Source of the DNA: Candidatus Woesearchaeota archaeon
Lineage (GTDB): Archaea; Nanobdellota; Nanobdellia; Woesearchaeales; JAAOYA01
Length of the DNA: 64,000 nucleotides
Direction of reading: 5' to 3'
NCBI GenBank assembly: GCA_018221105.1
Contig: JAAOYA010000008.1
Span: 192,648-256,647 of the forward strand
In this document: positions 1 to 8,990 of the stretch, in pieces
Layout: every line of letters starts with the position of its first letter
How positions within the stretch are numbered: position 1 is the stretch's first letter
Made by a program: the position numbers and the translations under genes
Notes under the pieces: generated by a model
The model's database searches: none
Told to the model about the DNA's origin: nothing
The model's input: only the letters and a program-made list of their open reading frames with translations

Positions 1-189
1 CTGGCAAAGTCCTAGTGCAGGAGTCATCTGGCAGCACAAGTGAGAACGAATGCCATAAAATTTTTGTTTATAACAAACTCCTTCACCACGCAAACTTTTT
101 TTTGTCCAAGTGCAAATTTTTACAGCACTATGATTACCAATAAGTCCATACTGTTGGTTTTGAAGAACTGCTTTATAAGATTCTGGCAT
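1..189 (-). CDS. taw1: tRNA wybutosine-synthesizing radical-SAM protein TYW1/Taw1, N-terminal fragment (gene continues off the left edge)
   Basis: Reverse-strand translation from ATG (rev-comp of 187-189) gives MPESYKAVLQNQQYGLIGNHSAVKICTWTKKSLRGEGVCYKQKFYGIRSHLCCQMTPALGLCQ. The pattern HSAVK.C.W.KKSL..G.CYK..FYGI.SH.C.QMTP matches my memory of the conserved N-terminus of archaeal TYW1. Not in the ORF track because it is truncated by the window edge. An in-frame stop lies upstream at 202-204. Confidence 0.5.
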   Translation of the reverse strand, partial: MPESYKAVLQNQQYGLIGNHSAVKICTWTKKSLRGEGVCYKQKFYGIRSHLCCQMTPALGLCQ

Positions 190-265
190 AACTGGCGTAT
201 TCTAGGATTATTTTTAAGGTTTGTGGGGCAAAACCTTAAAAAAAGAACAATATTAAACACTAATT

Positions 266-757
266 ATGGATTTTAAAAAAGCCTTAGAAAAAATAAAAGC
301 CAGTAAGAGTATAAAGCCAAAAGGTTACTTAGCACACTATTTTGCCAGCATTGACGCTCAAAAAAAAGAGCATCAACTAGGCTATTATAACAAAACAACA
401 GATAAATTGCACGTTATTGATTTTGTAGGGCGAAAAACAGTCGATAAAGGCGAGTGTGACGCACTAAAAGATGGTGGCATAGTTGATGAATTAAAACTCT
501 CAAACGTCAAAATAACTGATGAAGAAGCCCTAGGGGAAGCTCTTAGTATAGCTGACGAAAAATACGGTCAAAAGATTATCAAAAAAATTCTTGTTCTACA
601 ATGCTTAAACAATAAAACATTATACAATATTACTCTTATAGGAGCTGGTTTTAGCATTATCAACATCAAACTAGACGCCAAAACGAAAAGTGTCATTAGT
701 GAGTCAAAACAATCAATAATGGAACTTGCAGATGTGCTTGACGGCGACAAAAAGTAA
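266..757 (+). CDS. hypothetical protein (163 aa)
   Basis: Clean ORF with plausible codon composition. No recognisable motif. Confidence 0.4.
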   Translation: MDFKKALEKIKASKSIKPKGYLAHYFASIDAQKKEHQLGYYNKTTDKLHVIDFVGRKTVDKGECDALKDGGIVDELKLSNVKITDEEALGEALSIADEKYGQKIIKKILVLQCLNNKTLYNITLIGAGFSIINIKLDAKTKSVISESKQSIMELADVLDGDKK

Positions 758-1017
758 TACTAACATAGAGTGGTATCGGACTCTAGAATATAGTTCTAAA
801 AAACTATTTTTTAACAAGTATTTTTTTGTCTAATAGTATTTAAATACTAGTTTCTCCAAAGCCATAATATAACAAAATAAAGGTGCTATAAGATGAGCGT
901 GAAAGTGAGTTGGAAAACAATAAAAAACAATAAAACACTCTTTGAATCGCTTGACTTAGACGAAGAAGAAGAGTGAACAACAAAGTTTTTTAATAACACT
1001 AATTCTCACTAGATTTC

Positions 1018-1764
1018 ATGCAATCGTACATCGCAAGCACCAATCCTGTAAGCGCAAATTCTTGGCCAGGCAAAATAAGCTACACTATATACTTTGGCGG
1101 TTGTGACTACAAATGTCAATGGTGTTACAATGCCGACATGTTAGAGTTTAAAGAAGAATACCAACGAGACCTCTCAGAGATTCGCCAGGAGATAAAACTT
1201 AATGCTCTATCAGTAGACGCAATATACTTTAGTGGTGGTGAGCCATTATTGCAACGCCAAGCACTACTTTATCTAGCTCGATACGCCAAAGAAAGAGATT
1301 TAATGATAGGCTTAGAGACCAACGGTGCTTCGCCTGACGCTCTAAACTCGATACTGCGCGAAAAACTTGTCGATTACATAGTATTAGATATGAAAACACC
1401 GTTAAAACTTGACATTTTTGAAGCAGTAACAAGAAGCCAAACATTTTTTAAAACTACACAGCAAATCATCAGCGAAGTAAAAAAAACAATACAATTACTA
1501 AAAAACACAGATCCTACTGTTCAAGTAATTGTTAGAACAACAATAATTCCTGGATTAATGTTCAAAAAAGAAGACCTCCTAGAAATAGCCTTTGAAATCA
1601 ACGAACTACAATGCCAATGGCAATTAATACCTTACAAACCATTTAACGTCAGAGATCAAAAATACAAGGATATAAACCCTCCATCAATACAATTCTTAGA
1701 AAACCTACGACTGTTCTGTCAAAAAGAATACCCTCAATTAAACATTGTCATAAAGGAAAACTAA
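1018..1764 (+). CDS. radical SAM protein, glycyl-radical-enzyme activase (PFL-AE/NrdG)-like
   Basis: N-terminal SWPGKISYTIYFGGCDYKCQWCYN gives a CX3CX2C [4Fe-4S]/SAM cluster motif preceded by a PG.(K/R) element as in activases. GGEPLL glycine-rich SAM motif. 248 aa. Confidence 0.6.
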   Translation: MQSYIASTNPVSANSWPGKISYTIYFGGCDYKCQWCYNADMLEFKEEYQRDLSEIRQEIKLNALSVDAIYFSGGEPLLQRQALLYLARYAKERDLMIGLETNGASPDALNSILREKLVDYIVLDMKTPLKLDIFEAVTRSQTFFKTTQQIISEVKKTIQLLKNTDPTVQVIVRTTIIPGLMFKKEDLLEIAFEINELQCQWQLIPYKPFNVRDQKYKDINPPSIQFLENLRLFCQKEYPQLNIVIKEN

Positions 1765-2392
1765 AGCGCTTATTTAATTCTTGTAATATAATAGTAAACA
1801 CTTGTTCTATTGTATTATTTTCTGTGTCAACAACAACATAGCGCGAGGGTTCTTTTTTGGCCATTGTCAAATATCCCTTTCGTACTTTGTTATGAAATTT
1901 TAATCCTTTTTCATCAAAGCGCAATTCCATACTCTTTGCGACTTTATTGCGCTTTGTAGCCCTAGCAAGGCCTACTTCTGGCAAAACATCTAAATAAAAA
2001 GTGACATCAGGTTTTATTTTAATGCGTGCTAACTCATGCAATTTTTTTATTAGTTCAAGTTTTATATGACCTGCAAAGCCTTCATAAACATAAGTACTGT
2101 CATAATAGCGATCACAAACAACCCATAACCCTTTTTTTAACGCTGGTAAAATAATATTATTAGTATTTTTTCTTCTTGCAGCAATAAATAATAACACATC
2201 AGTTAAAGCGTCAAAATGATGTTTTTTATTAAGCAATACTTTTCTTATTGCTAACCCTTCACGAGTACCGCCAGGCTCTTCAGTAAAAACAGATGACACT
2301 TTCTTTTTTTTGAAATGTTCTTTTAATAATCGAATAATTGTTCCTTTACCACTACCTTCCCCACCTTCAAATGTTACAAATTTTCCTTTCAT
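1748..2392 (-). CDS. tmk: thymidylate kinase
   Basis: N-terminus MKGKFVTFEGGEGSGKGT (P-loop typical of dTMP kinase). Length 214 aa and overall Tmk-like layout. Confidence 0.85.
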   Translation of the reverse strand: MKGKFVTFEGGEGSGKGTIIRLLKEHFKKKKVSSVFTEEPGGTREGLAIRKVLLNKKHHFDALTDVLLFIAARRKNTNNIILPALKKGLWVVCDRYYDSTYVYEGFAGHIKLELIKKLHELARIKIKPDVTFYLDVLPEVGLARATKRNKVAKSMELRFDEKGLKFHNKVRKGYLTMAKKEPSRYVVVDTENNTIEQVFTIILQELNKRFSFPL

Positions 2393-2512
2393 AATTAAAA
2401 ATAACCCTCCCCCGAATAAAAAAAATTATATGAAAGTTTTATTTAAGTTTTTAGTTGTAACACTTTGGTGACTATGAAACGTTTAAGTATAAGTGCAAAA
2501 TAATGTTTTTGT

Positions 2513-2977
2513 ATGAGTGATCAAAGAATAATTAGGCCTTCTTGGGATGAATACTTTATGGAAATCACTAAAGTTGTTGCTACTAGAAGCACTTGTTTAA
2601 GACGTCAAGTTGGAGCAACTTTTGTAAAAGATAAAAATATTCTAGCAACAGGTTATAATGGCGCGCCTTCAGGAGTTGAAGATTGTCTTGAAATAGGGTC
2701 CTGTTATAGACATGAACAAAATATTCCCTCCGGACAACAGCATGAACGTTGTCGTGGCTCACATGCTGAAATGAATGGTATTGCCCAGTCAGCAAAGCAC
2801 GGTATTTCAATAGGAGATTCAGTTGTTTATACTACTGATAGTCCGTGTAATATTTGTGCAAGGCTACTTATTAATGCAGGTGTTAAACAAATAGTATCAA
2901 ACAGCCAGTATTCTGATCCCATGACTGAAGATCTTCTCAAACAAGCAGGTATTGAACACAAACTAAACCATGACTAA
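2513..2977 (+). CDS. dCMP deaminase (cytidine/deoxycytidylate deaminase family)
   Basis: HAEMNGI (zinc-binding H-A-E) and PCNICARLLINAGV (PCxxC) motifs. 154 aa. Confidence 0.8.
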   Translation: MSDQRIIRPSWDEYFMEITKVVATRSTCLRRQVGATFVKDKNILATGYNGAPSGVEDCLEIGSCYRHEQNIPSGQQHERCRGSHAEMNGIAQSAKHGISIGDSVVYTTDSPCNICARLLINAGVKQIVSNSQYSDPMTEDLLKQAGIEHKLNHD

Positions 2978-3213
2978 CTAATTTTTAGTGTTTTATTTTT
3001 TGAAGTGTGACCGTTTTTTATTTCTATTTTTTTCTTTAATTGTTTTGATAAATATTTTATTAGTTCAGTGTTTGCCTTACCGTCTTGCGGTTGTGATTTT
3101 AGTGCAATTCGCAAAACTTTTTTTTGCTCATCATATCCTAGAATTTGTGTTTTTGCACTGTTTGTTTTAACAACAACTTTTAATAAACCTTTCTGTATGT
3201 GTTGTTCAATCAT
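2974..3213 (-). CDS. DUF167/YggU-family small protein
   Basis: 79 aa with central DGKAN motif (QPQDGKANTELIKYLSKQL) typical of UPF0235/DUF167. Confidence 0.5.
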   Translation of the reverse strand: MIEQHIQKGLLKVVVKTNSAKTQILGYDEQKKVLRIALKSQPQDGKANTELIKYLSKQLKKKIEIKNGHTSKNKTLKIS

Positions 3214-3532
3214 TGTTGCGCCAGGTGTGCTTGCACTTTATGCATTTTAAGAACTTTGTTTCTGGCTCGTCACCAGCACGTGTTTGTACTAGCCAATAAT
3301 AAGCTTCTGGATGAGCACATTTTGGGCATTCTTCAGCCGTTGTTGGCAAAGGGTCTACTTCTTGGTCTACAACTGCTACTTCTTCATGGTCGTCGACTGT
3401 TTCTTTCAGGTTTAGGTTCTGTTCTTCTTTTGGTTTATAACCGCAACTACATTCTATGACTTTTTTAGAACCGTTTTTTTTTGGCATTAATAATGATCCG
3501 CATTTTGGGCAAAACAAATTGTACCACCTCAA
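3206..3532 (-). CDS. tfs: transcription factor S / RNA polymerase subunit M (TFIIS-type zinc ribbon)
   Basis: N-terminal CPKCGSLL...CSCG zinc ribbon and C-terminal CPKC...TRAGDEPETKFLKCIKCKHTWR TFIIS-type C4 ribbon with the acidic DE hairpin. Confidence 0.7.
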   Translation of the reverse strand: MRWYNLFCPKCGSLLMPKKNGSKKVIECSCGYKPKEEQNLNLKETVDDHEEVAVVDQEVDPLPTTAEECPKCAHPEAYYWLVQTRAGDEPETKFLKCIKCKHTWRNND

Positions 3533-4158
3533 CTCAAAGTATTTTTTACTATTTTATATAAATCTACCGCCCAAATTTTTAAGTATCCAAGATAAGGCAC
3601 CCTAATAACTGCTTTTCCTATTATGTTTTCTTTGTTTATTGCACGCTCATCGATTTGTCCTTTATTTGGAGGTATTATTTGGTCTAAGTTATGATCTCCT
3701 TTTGTTTGAACTGTTTGAGAGTTAATAGTTATTGCACGGTGAATTATTGGTTCTGGTTGTCGTGCTTGAAAAACTATTACATCACCAACCTCTATTTTTT
3801 TCGGACTATATAATATCATTATATCTCCTTTGTTAAAACCATTTTGAAAGTCAAATGTTTGAAATGTTTGTTGTGTTATTCCAACGTTTTGGTAAAAGTC
3901 TTCTTGTGTGCACACAGCATTATTACAGTTTGCTGGGCTGGCCCACCAAGTATCAAAGCTGCCGTCATGCTCCATGCTGCCACTTACCACTGCAACTATC
4001 GGGTACTTTGCACCTAGTAATAATCCTAATCCTGGATACACAATGAATTTTATTAGTAAAAACGCCAGTATTATGCTAACTGTCCAACTGCTCCAAGAAT
4101 CCTCGTACATTACAAAATGCCAAGCTTTTTTAATAAACGACCGTTCTTTTGAACTCAT
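3529..4158 (-). CDS. signal peptidase I (archaeal Sec11-type)
   Basis: N-terminal TM segment followed by VVSGSMEH (catalytic Ser box of type I signal peptidases). 209 aa. Confidence 0.7.
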   Translation of the reverse strand: MSSKERSFIKKAWHFVMYEDSWSSWTVSIILAFLLIKFIVYPGLGLLLGAKYPIVAVVSGSMEHDGSFDTWWASPANCNNAVCTQEDFYQNVGITQQTFQTFDFQNGFNKGDIMILYSPKKIEVGDVIVFQARQPEPIIHRAITINSQTVQTKGDHNLDQIIPPNKGQIDERAINKENIIGKAVIRVPYLGYLKIWAVDLYKIVKNTLS

Positions 4159-4200
4159 AAAAAACTTAAAAACTAACTTTCATTAAAAAGTTTTCGAAAA

Positions 4201-5154
4201 ATGAAAAAAAAGAAAAGCTTTTGTCCGAGTTGTGGTAAACCTTCAATTGGATTATGTAAAAATTGTGCGCCTGTAGAGCTCAACATTTCTGAGTTTAACA
4301 TAAAGGTTTGCGCATCTTGTAATAAGTATTTTTATAAAAATAAATGGCACGCTACTAATGACTTAAAAGCTGATATTGAAAAAATAATTAAAAAGACTGC
4401 TAAAAGTGCGAAAACGGTTCTTGACGTGTCAGATCTTCAATTAAATCCTGGGATTAAAAAAACTGTTGTTGCACAAGTTGTTATTGATGGTGCAGAGTTT
4501 GATATTCTTGTGAACTTTGAAGTGACTCTTTGTCCTAATTGTTCAAAACAAAATAGTGATTATTTTGAGGCGATACTGCAGTTGCGTGGCAGTATCACAA
4601 AAGATGTTGAAAGTTTTGTATTGGAGGCTGTAGAGCAAAACAAGTCAAAAGGCGTTTTCATTAATAAAAAAAACGTGTTAAAAGATGGTGTTGATTATTA
4701 TTTGACCAATAAGAAATTTTGTCAAAATCTTGCTATTAAAATACAACAAAATTTTGGTGGTGTGCTAAAAACTGCCAGTCAAATTTTCAGTTATGACCGT
4801 CAAACTAGCAAACATGTTTACAGGCTTAATGTTTTAGTAAAACTTCCAAGTTTTAAAAAATCAGATGTTATAGTATTGAATAATATGTTATTGATTGTTA
4901 ATAGTGTTGACAAAAAAATCAATGGTTTAAACTTGCAAACAACTAAAAAAGTTAGTGTTGATTATGACGAAAAAAATACTAAATTGGTATATCAACAATC
5001 AACTTCTGTTATTAATAATTATCCAACAATTGCAGTGATGCACCCTAAAACTTTTCAGCCAACACCCGCTAACAATCCTAAAAAACTAAAATTACAAATC
5101 AATCAAAAAATTATGATTGTAGAATATGCTGACGAGTTGTTTATAATAAAATGA
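4201..5154 (+). CDS. NMD3-family protein (ribosomal large-subunit export/biogenesis factor homologue)
   Basis: Four CxxC pairs at the N-terminus (CPSCG...CKNC...CASCNKYFYKNKWH) arranged as in NMD3 N-terminal zinc domain. 317 aa. Confidence 0.5.
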   Translation: MKKKKSFCPSCGKPSIGLCKNCAPVELNISEFNIKVCASCNKYFYKNKWHATNDLKADIEKIIKKTAKSAKTVLDVSDLQLNPGIKKTVVAQVVIDGAEFDILVNFEVTLCPNCSKQNSDYFEAILQLRGSITKDVESFVLEAVEQNKSKGVFINKKNVLKDGVDYYLTNKKFCQNLAIKIQQNFGGVLKTASQIFSYDRQTSKHVYRLNVLVKLPSFKKSDVIVLNNMLLIVNSVDKKINGLNLQTTKKVSVDYDEKNTKLVYQQSTSVINNYPTIAVMHPKTFQPTPANNPKKLKLQINQKIMIVEYADELFIIK

Positions 5155-6239
5155 TAGTCTTAGATGGTTCAGTTGGAGAGGGTGGTGGTCAAATACTACG
5201 AACCGCACTAGCATTATCAATTCTGACGCAAAAATCTTTCAAAATAACTAATATTAGAAAAGGTCGTTGTGATAGTGGTTTAAAAGCACAACACGTTGCA
5301 TGCATTAGGGTAATAGACTCTCTTGGTGCTTGCGAATCCTTAAATGTTAAAGTTGGTCAAGAAGATTTAGAATTCACTCCAAAGCCCATAACAAATTTTA
5401 GTGTTAGTTTTGATGTAAAAACAGCAGGCAGTACAACACTGCTTTTACAATCAGTTCTTTTGCCTTTGATGTTTGCAAAAAAATCTTCAAAACTGACAAT
5501 TATTGGCGGCACTGATGTTTCTTGGAGCATGCCAGTAGATTACTTAAAAAATGTAATGTTAGCCCATCTACAAAAGTATGCAAAAGTAGAATTAAAGATT
5601 GTAAAGCGTGGCTATTTTCCTAAAGGCAATGGCAAAATAGAAGTCAAAATAACACCACAATACAATAATCAACAATATGATAATATTGAACAATTCATAA
5701 ATTTTCTAAGCGAACAAGACACAAAAATTGATTTATTAGAGCAAGGTAAACTATTACAAGTTCGCGGCATTAGTCATGCAAGCACTGAACTATTGCAAGC
5801 AAATGTTGCCGACAGACAAAGCAAAGCTGCAAAATTAATGTTGAGCAAACTAAAAGTTCCAATAAACATTCAATCAGAGTACACAAGTACAACATGTGCT
5901 GGCTCTGGAATAACATTATATGGCATGTTTTCAATAAGCGATGAAATAAGCCAAAAAAATCCTATAATTTTAGGATCTGACGCTTTAGGCAAAAAGAGTA
6001 AGCGGTCTGAAGATGTTGGCACTAGTGCTGCAAGAAAACTAATAGACACCATTGAATCAAATGCTCCTGTTGATGAGTATTTAGCAGACAATCTTATCCC
6101 TTTTCTAGCATTATTTGGCGGACAATTTAGAGCTAGTAAAATAACAAATCATACTTTAACAAACATTTTAGTAGTAGAAAAGTTCTTGCCAGTAAAGTTC
6201 ATTGTAGAAAATAATACTATAACAATTAATCCAAACTAG
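5151..6239 (+). CDS. rtcA: RNA 3'-terminal phosphate cyclase
   Basis: N-terminal LDGSVGEGGGQILRTALALS signature of RtcA. 362 aa. ATGA overlap with the upstream gene. Confidence 0.85.
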   Translation: MIVLDGSVGEGGGQILRTALALSILTQKSFKITNIRKGRCDSGLKAQHVACIRVIDSLGACESLNVKVGQEDLEFTPKPITNFSVSFDVKTAGSTTLLLQSVLLPLMFAKKSSKLTIIGGTDVSWSMPVDYLKNVMLAHLQKYAKVELKIVKRGYFPKGNGKIEVKITPQYNNQQYDNIEQFINFLSEQDTKIDLLEQGKLLQVRGISHASTELLQANVADRQSKAAKLMLSKLKVPINIQSEYTSTTCAGSGITLYGMFSISDEISQKNPIILGSDALGKKSKRSEDVGTSAARKLIDTIESNAPVDEYLADNLIPFLALFGGQFRASKITNHTLTNILVVEKFLPVKFIVENNTITINPN

Positions 6240-8427
6240 CAAGTTCAATGTCAGTTTTTAAATCTATAATATCATAATATAATTTTTTCTTATTATTATC
6301 TTCCGGCACTTGAGGATAAAGTTTTTCTAATTGTGAATAAACACTTCTAGCATCAGCAACACCACCTGTGTTTAAAAAACCTCTTGCTTGACTTATCATA
6401 TCATAAGCTTGTTTTGCAACACCACTAAAAGTTGCTCCTGCAACACCGCGAGCACCCTTATTTAATTTGTCAATTTCTTGCGATAAGTAAAGGTGAAAGT
6501 TATCATCAGTAATACTTTCTTGCTCAGTTGTTAATTGTCGTTCTTTCTCTAAAAGTAATTGTTCTTTTGCAGCCAGTTCTTTTTCAATGTTTAACAATTG
6601 TGGTTCTTTAACTTCAATTATCGCTTCTCGTTTTTCTAAGTCTTCTAATCGATCTGATAAACTCTTCTCTTTTAATTCTAAATCCCCTACTACTTTTGTT
6701 AGCAAGTCTTTTTTCTTTTCTAAAACATCGATGTTTTGATTGAACTCCCTTGCTTTTTTGATCTTATCTTTTTGTAATTCTAAACGATCAAGGGTTGTTT
6801 TAATTCTTTTTTCTTGGCTTGTAATAGTTCTTTCTCTGAAACTAAGTTCTTTTTGCGAGGTTTTTAATTGTGTATCTAAAAGTTTGTTAGCGACTGCTTT
6901 TGTGTCGCCATCAACAAAGAGTTTTTTTGATTGTTCATACTTTTGCAAAATGGTTTTTTTGCCTGCATTGATTTGTTTTAGTTTTTCATCAACAGCCAAT
7001 TGCTGATTTTTTAGCATTTGCTCATTTTTTTGCAGTGTTTGATAATCAGTTTTTATGCCATCAGATTTATTATTGAACTCCGTCATTAAACTATTAATGT
7101 CAGCTTTTAGTGCTTCAAATTGTTTTAGTGCGTCTTGTGATTGTGGAACAATAGTTTTTAGATCTATTTCAATTTGGTTTTTAGCATCTGACAATTCTTG
7201 TTTTGCAGTTGCAATGTCTTGTTCTTTTTGTGATAAGTTAGATTGTAGGGTTTTTTCTTCTGATATTGTTGACAGTAATTCTTTTTCTTTCTGTGTTACT
7301 TCTACTTTTTTAGTGTCAAGTTTTTCTAATTGTTTTTTGAGCATTTCCTCTTGTCGAACAAATTCTTTTTGAGCTTTTTGCATCTCGACAATTCGAATTT
7401 TTTGCTCTACTTTACTGGTTTTGAGGTCTTCTTTTAATTTTATGTTTGCTTGATGCAATTCGTCAGCAAGGAGTTTTTCTTTTTTGAAAGATTTCAGTGC
7501 TTCTCCAACATCACGTTTTGTTTTTAGAGAAGCAATTTTTAATGCGAGATTTTCATCTTTGATAACGTTTTTTATCCAATTAGCAAAATCGTTCTTTTCT
7601 TCATTTACGTGGTGTATAAAAACATCTGCAGGCATTGACTGTACTGCTTTTAATAATTCGTCAATGTCTTTTAGTGCTTTGCCATCTTTTAGTTTAAAGT
7701 ATTGTTCAGGACTCAATGGTTTTGCAGGCTTTGGTGCGACAACTGGTTTTTTAACAGTTGGTATTGTAACTGTTGGTTTTTGAGTAGTAGGTTTTTTGAC
7801 ACCTTGTTTGGTTGTTTTCTTGACTGTTTTTGTTGTTGGAAGTTTTGACTCGACTTTTTTGATTACTATTTTTTCTTTTATTGGAGTTGGCTCTTCTACT
7901 GGCTCGCTTTCAGTAATATCTTCTAGAATATCGTATTCTGAACCTTTCTCTTCTTCTAACTCTAATGGTTCTTTAATTTTAGTTTTTTGTATAACTTCAG
8001 GCTTTTTGACAATTTTTTTCTTCTCCTCTACCTGTTTTGGTTCTTTTGGCAGTTCTAAATCTTTAGGTAATGGTAAATCTTCTTTTTTTAGTTCTGGAAT
8101 TGGAGGTTTTTGTAGTGGTTCTTCTAATTTGTCTAAGGGCTTTTTTGATTCTTTAGGTTCTTCTGCAGGTAGTTTTGGTAAACTGCTAGGCTCTGGAAGC
8201 TTATCTTTAACTTTAGCTTCATCAATATGAGGCAGACTTGGCGGTTCTGGAAGATCTTTTTGTTCAGGTGCTGGTGGCAAGTCAAGAGGTGGCGGTGCAG
8301 GAATATCGTGTTTTTTGCTATCTTTTGCGCCAAATAGTCTTTTTAAAAATCCTTTTTTCTTATCTTGCTCACTAGAATCAAGTGGTTTAACTTGTGCTTG
8401 CATAAAGACCCCTCTTTTTGTATTCAA
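6226..8427 (-). CDS. large proline-/lysine-rich coiled-coil protein (733 aa), function unknown
   Basis: N-terminal low-complexity LPEP/LPKLP repeats and a TKKPT/TVKKP segment. A conserved ~55-aa segment (YFKLKDGKALKDIDELLKAV...HHVNEEKNDFANWIKNV) also found in the 41681-42859 protein. Then about 350 aa of heptad-like K/E/L/Q coiled coil and a C-terminal globular domain. Confidence 0.5.
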   Translation of the reverse strand: MNTKRGVFMQAQVKPLDSSEQDKKKGFLKRLFGAKDSKKHDIPAPPPLDLPPAPEQKDLPEPPSLPHIDEAKVKDKLPEPSSLPKLPAEEPKESKKPLDKLEEPLQKPPIPELKKEDLPLPKDLELPKEPKQVEEKKKIVKKPEVIQKTKIKEPLELEEEKGSEYDILEDITESEPVEEPTPIKEKIVIKKVESKLPTTKTVKKTTKQGVKKPTTQKPTVTIPTVKKPVVAPKPAKPLSPEQYFKLKDGKALKDIDELLKAVQSMPADVFIHHVNEEKNDFANWIKNVIKDENLALKIASLKTKRDVGEALKSFKKEKLLADELHQANIKLKEDLKTSKVEQKIRIVEMQKAQKEFVRQEEMLKKQLEKLDTKKVEVTQKEKELLSTISEEKTLQSNLSQKEQDIATAKQELSDAKNQIEIDLKTIVPQSQDALKQFEALKADINSLMTEFNNKSDGIKTDYQTLQKNEQMLKNQQLAVDEKLKQINAGKKTILQKYEQSKKLFVDGDTKAVANKLLDTQLKTSQKELSFRERTITSQEKRIKTTLDRLELQKDKIKKAREFNQNIDVLEKKKDLLTKVVGDLELKEKSLSDRLEDLEKREAIIEVKEPQLLNIEKELAAKEQLLLEKERQLTTEQESITDDNFHLYLSQEIDKLNKGARGVAGATFSGVAKQAYDMISQARGFLNTGGVADARSVYSQLEKLYPQVPEDNNKKKLYYDIIDLKTDIELASLD

Positions 8428-8515
8428 AAAAGACTATTGTCTTTTATAAAAGTTTCTAAAAAAAATGTTTTTTTGGGAGCACAAACTTTATAAATAAACC
8501 GTTGTTTTTGCCAAA

Positions 8516-8698
8516 TTGATTAAAATGAGTGAACAACAAAAGTGTAATTCGTGCTCAAAAAACGTTGCAAACGATAATTCCAGCACTGCTTTTAAGTGCC
8601 CAAATTGTTTAAAAGAAGTTATTGTACGCTGCGGTGAGTGTCGCGAGAACAGTTCAAAATACAAATGTCCAAACTGTGGTTTTGTTGGACCTAACTAA
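8516..8698 (+). CDS. small zinc-ribbon protein
   Basis: 60 aa with four CxxC pairs (CNSCSK, CPNC, CGEC, CPNCG). A Zn-ribbon gene directly upstream of aEF-1beta is a recurrent archaeal arrangement (established knowledge, from memory). Confidence 0.5.
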   Translation: MIKMSEQQKCNSCSKNVANDNSSTAFKCPNCLKEVIVRCGECRENSSKYKCPNCGFVGPN

Positions 8699-8711
8699 AA
8701 AGGTGATTTTA

Positions 8712-8990
8712 ATGGCCAAGGTTATCATAACAATAAAAATAATGCCTGCTAGCCCAGAAGTTAGTCTTGAACAATTACAAGAGAAGGCCATGATTGAGAT
8801 TAAAGGTTTCGCAGGCGATACTGAAACAAAGGTTGAAGTTACACCTGTTGCTTTTGGTTTGCAAATGATAAGCATTATTTTTGTCGCTGATGAAGCTAAG
8901 GGTTCTCCTGACGTTGTTAGTGAAAAAATTGCTAGCTTTGATGAGGTCAGCTCTGCAGAAATTAGTGATGTTCGAAGAGCACTTGGTTAA
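8712..8990 (+). CDS. ef1b: translation elongation factor aEF-1 beta
   Basis: Internal ATG at 8712 preceded by AGGTGA. Product MAKVIITIKIMPASPEVSLEQLQEKA...FGLQMISIIFVADEAKGSPD matches the ~90-aa aEF-1beta family. The longer track ORF 8622-8990 overlaps the Zn-ribbon gene and is probably over-extended. Confidence 0.75.
   Translation: MAKVIITIKIMPASPEVSLEQLQEKAMIEIKGFAGDTETKVEVTPVAFGLQMISIIFVADEAKGSPDVVSEKIASFDEVSSAEISDVRRALG

Noticed and set aside
40-276. 78-aa plus-strand ORF at the left edge
   Set aside because: Antisense to a well-supported TYW1 N-terminal fragment. Product has no protein-like features.
758-1017. Long intergenic regions (also 14624-14790, 15238-15411, 22259-22542) scanned for tRNA/ncRNA genes
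   Set aside because: No acceptor-stem/T-arm complementarity or GTTC-type T-loop found. Regions are AT-rich promoter/terminator space. No tRNA called.
3068-3459. Plus-strand ORFs 3068-3250 and 3199-3459 (and 2988-3170)
   Set aside because: Overlap the DUF167 and TFS genes on the opposite strand. Hydrophobic/Cys-rich shadow ORFs.
6740-8230. Four plus-strand ORFs (6740-7006, 7055-7372, 7484-7783, 7796-8230) rich in Ser/Phe/Cys
   Set aside because: They lie entirely inside the 733-aa minus-strand coiled-coil/low-complexity gene. Antisense reading of K/E/L-rich coding DNA produces long stop-free S/F-rich frames.
8622-8711. Upstream extension of the aEF-1beta ORF
   Set aside because: Overlaps the Zn-ribbon gene and lacks a Shine-Dalgarno. 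ATG 8712 with AGGTGA upstream gives the canonical ~90-aa aEF-1beta.
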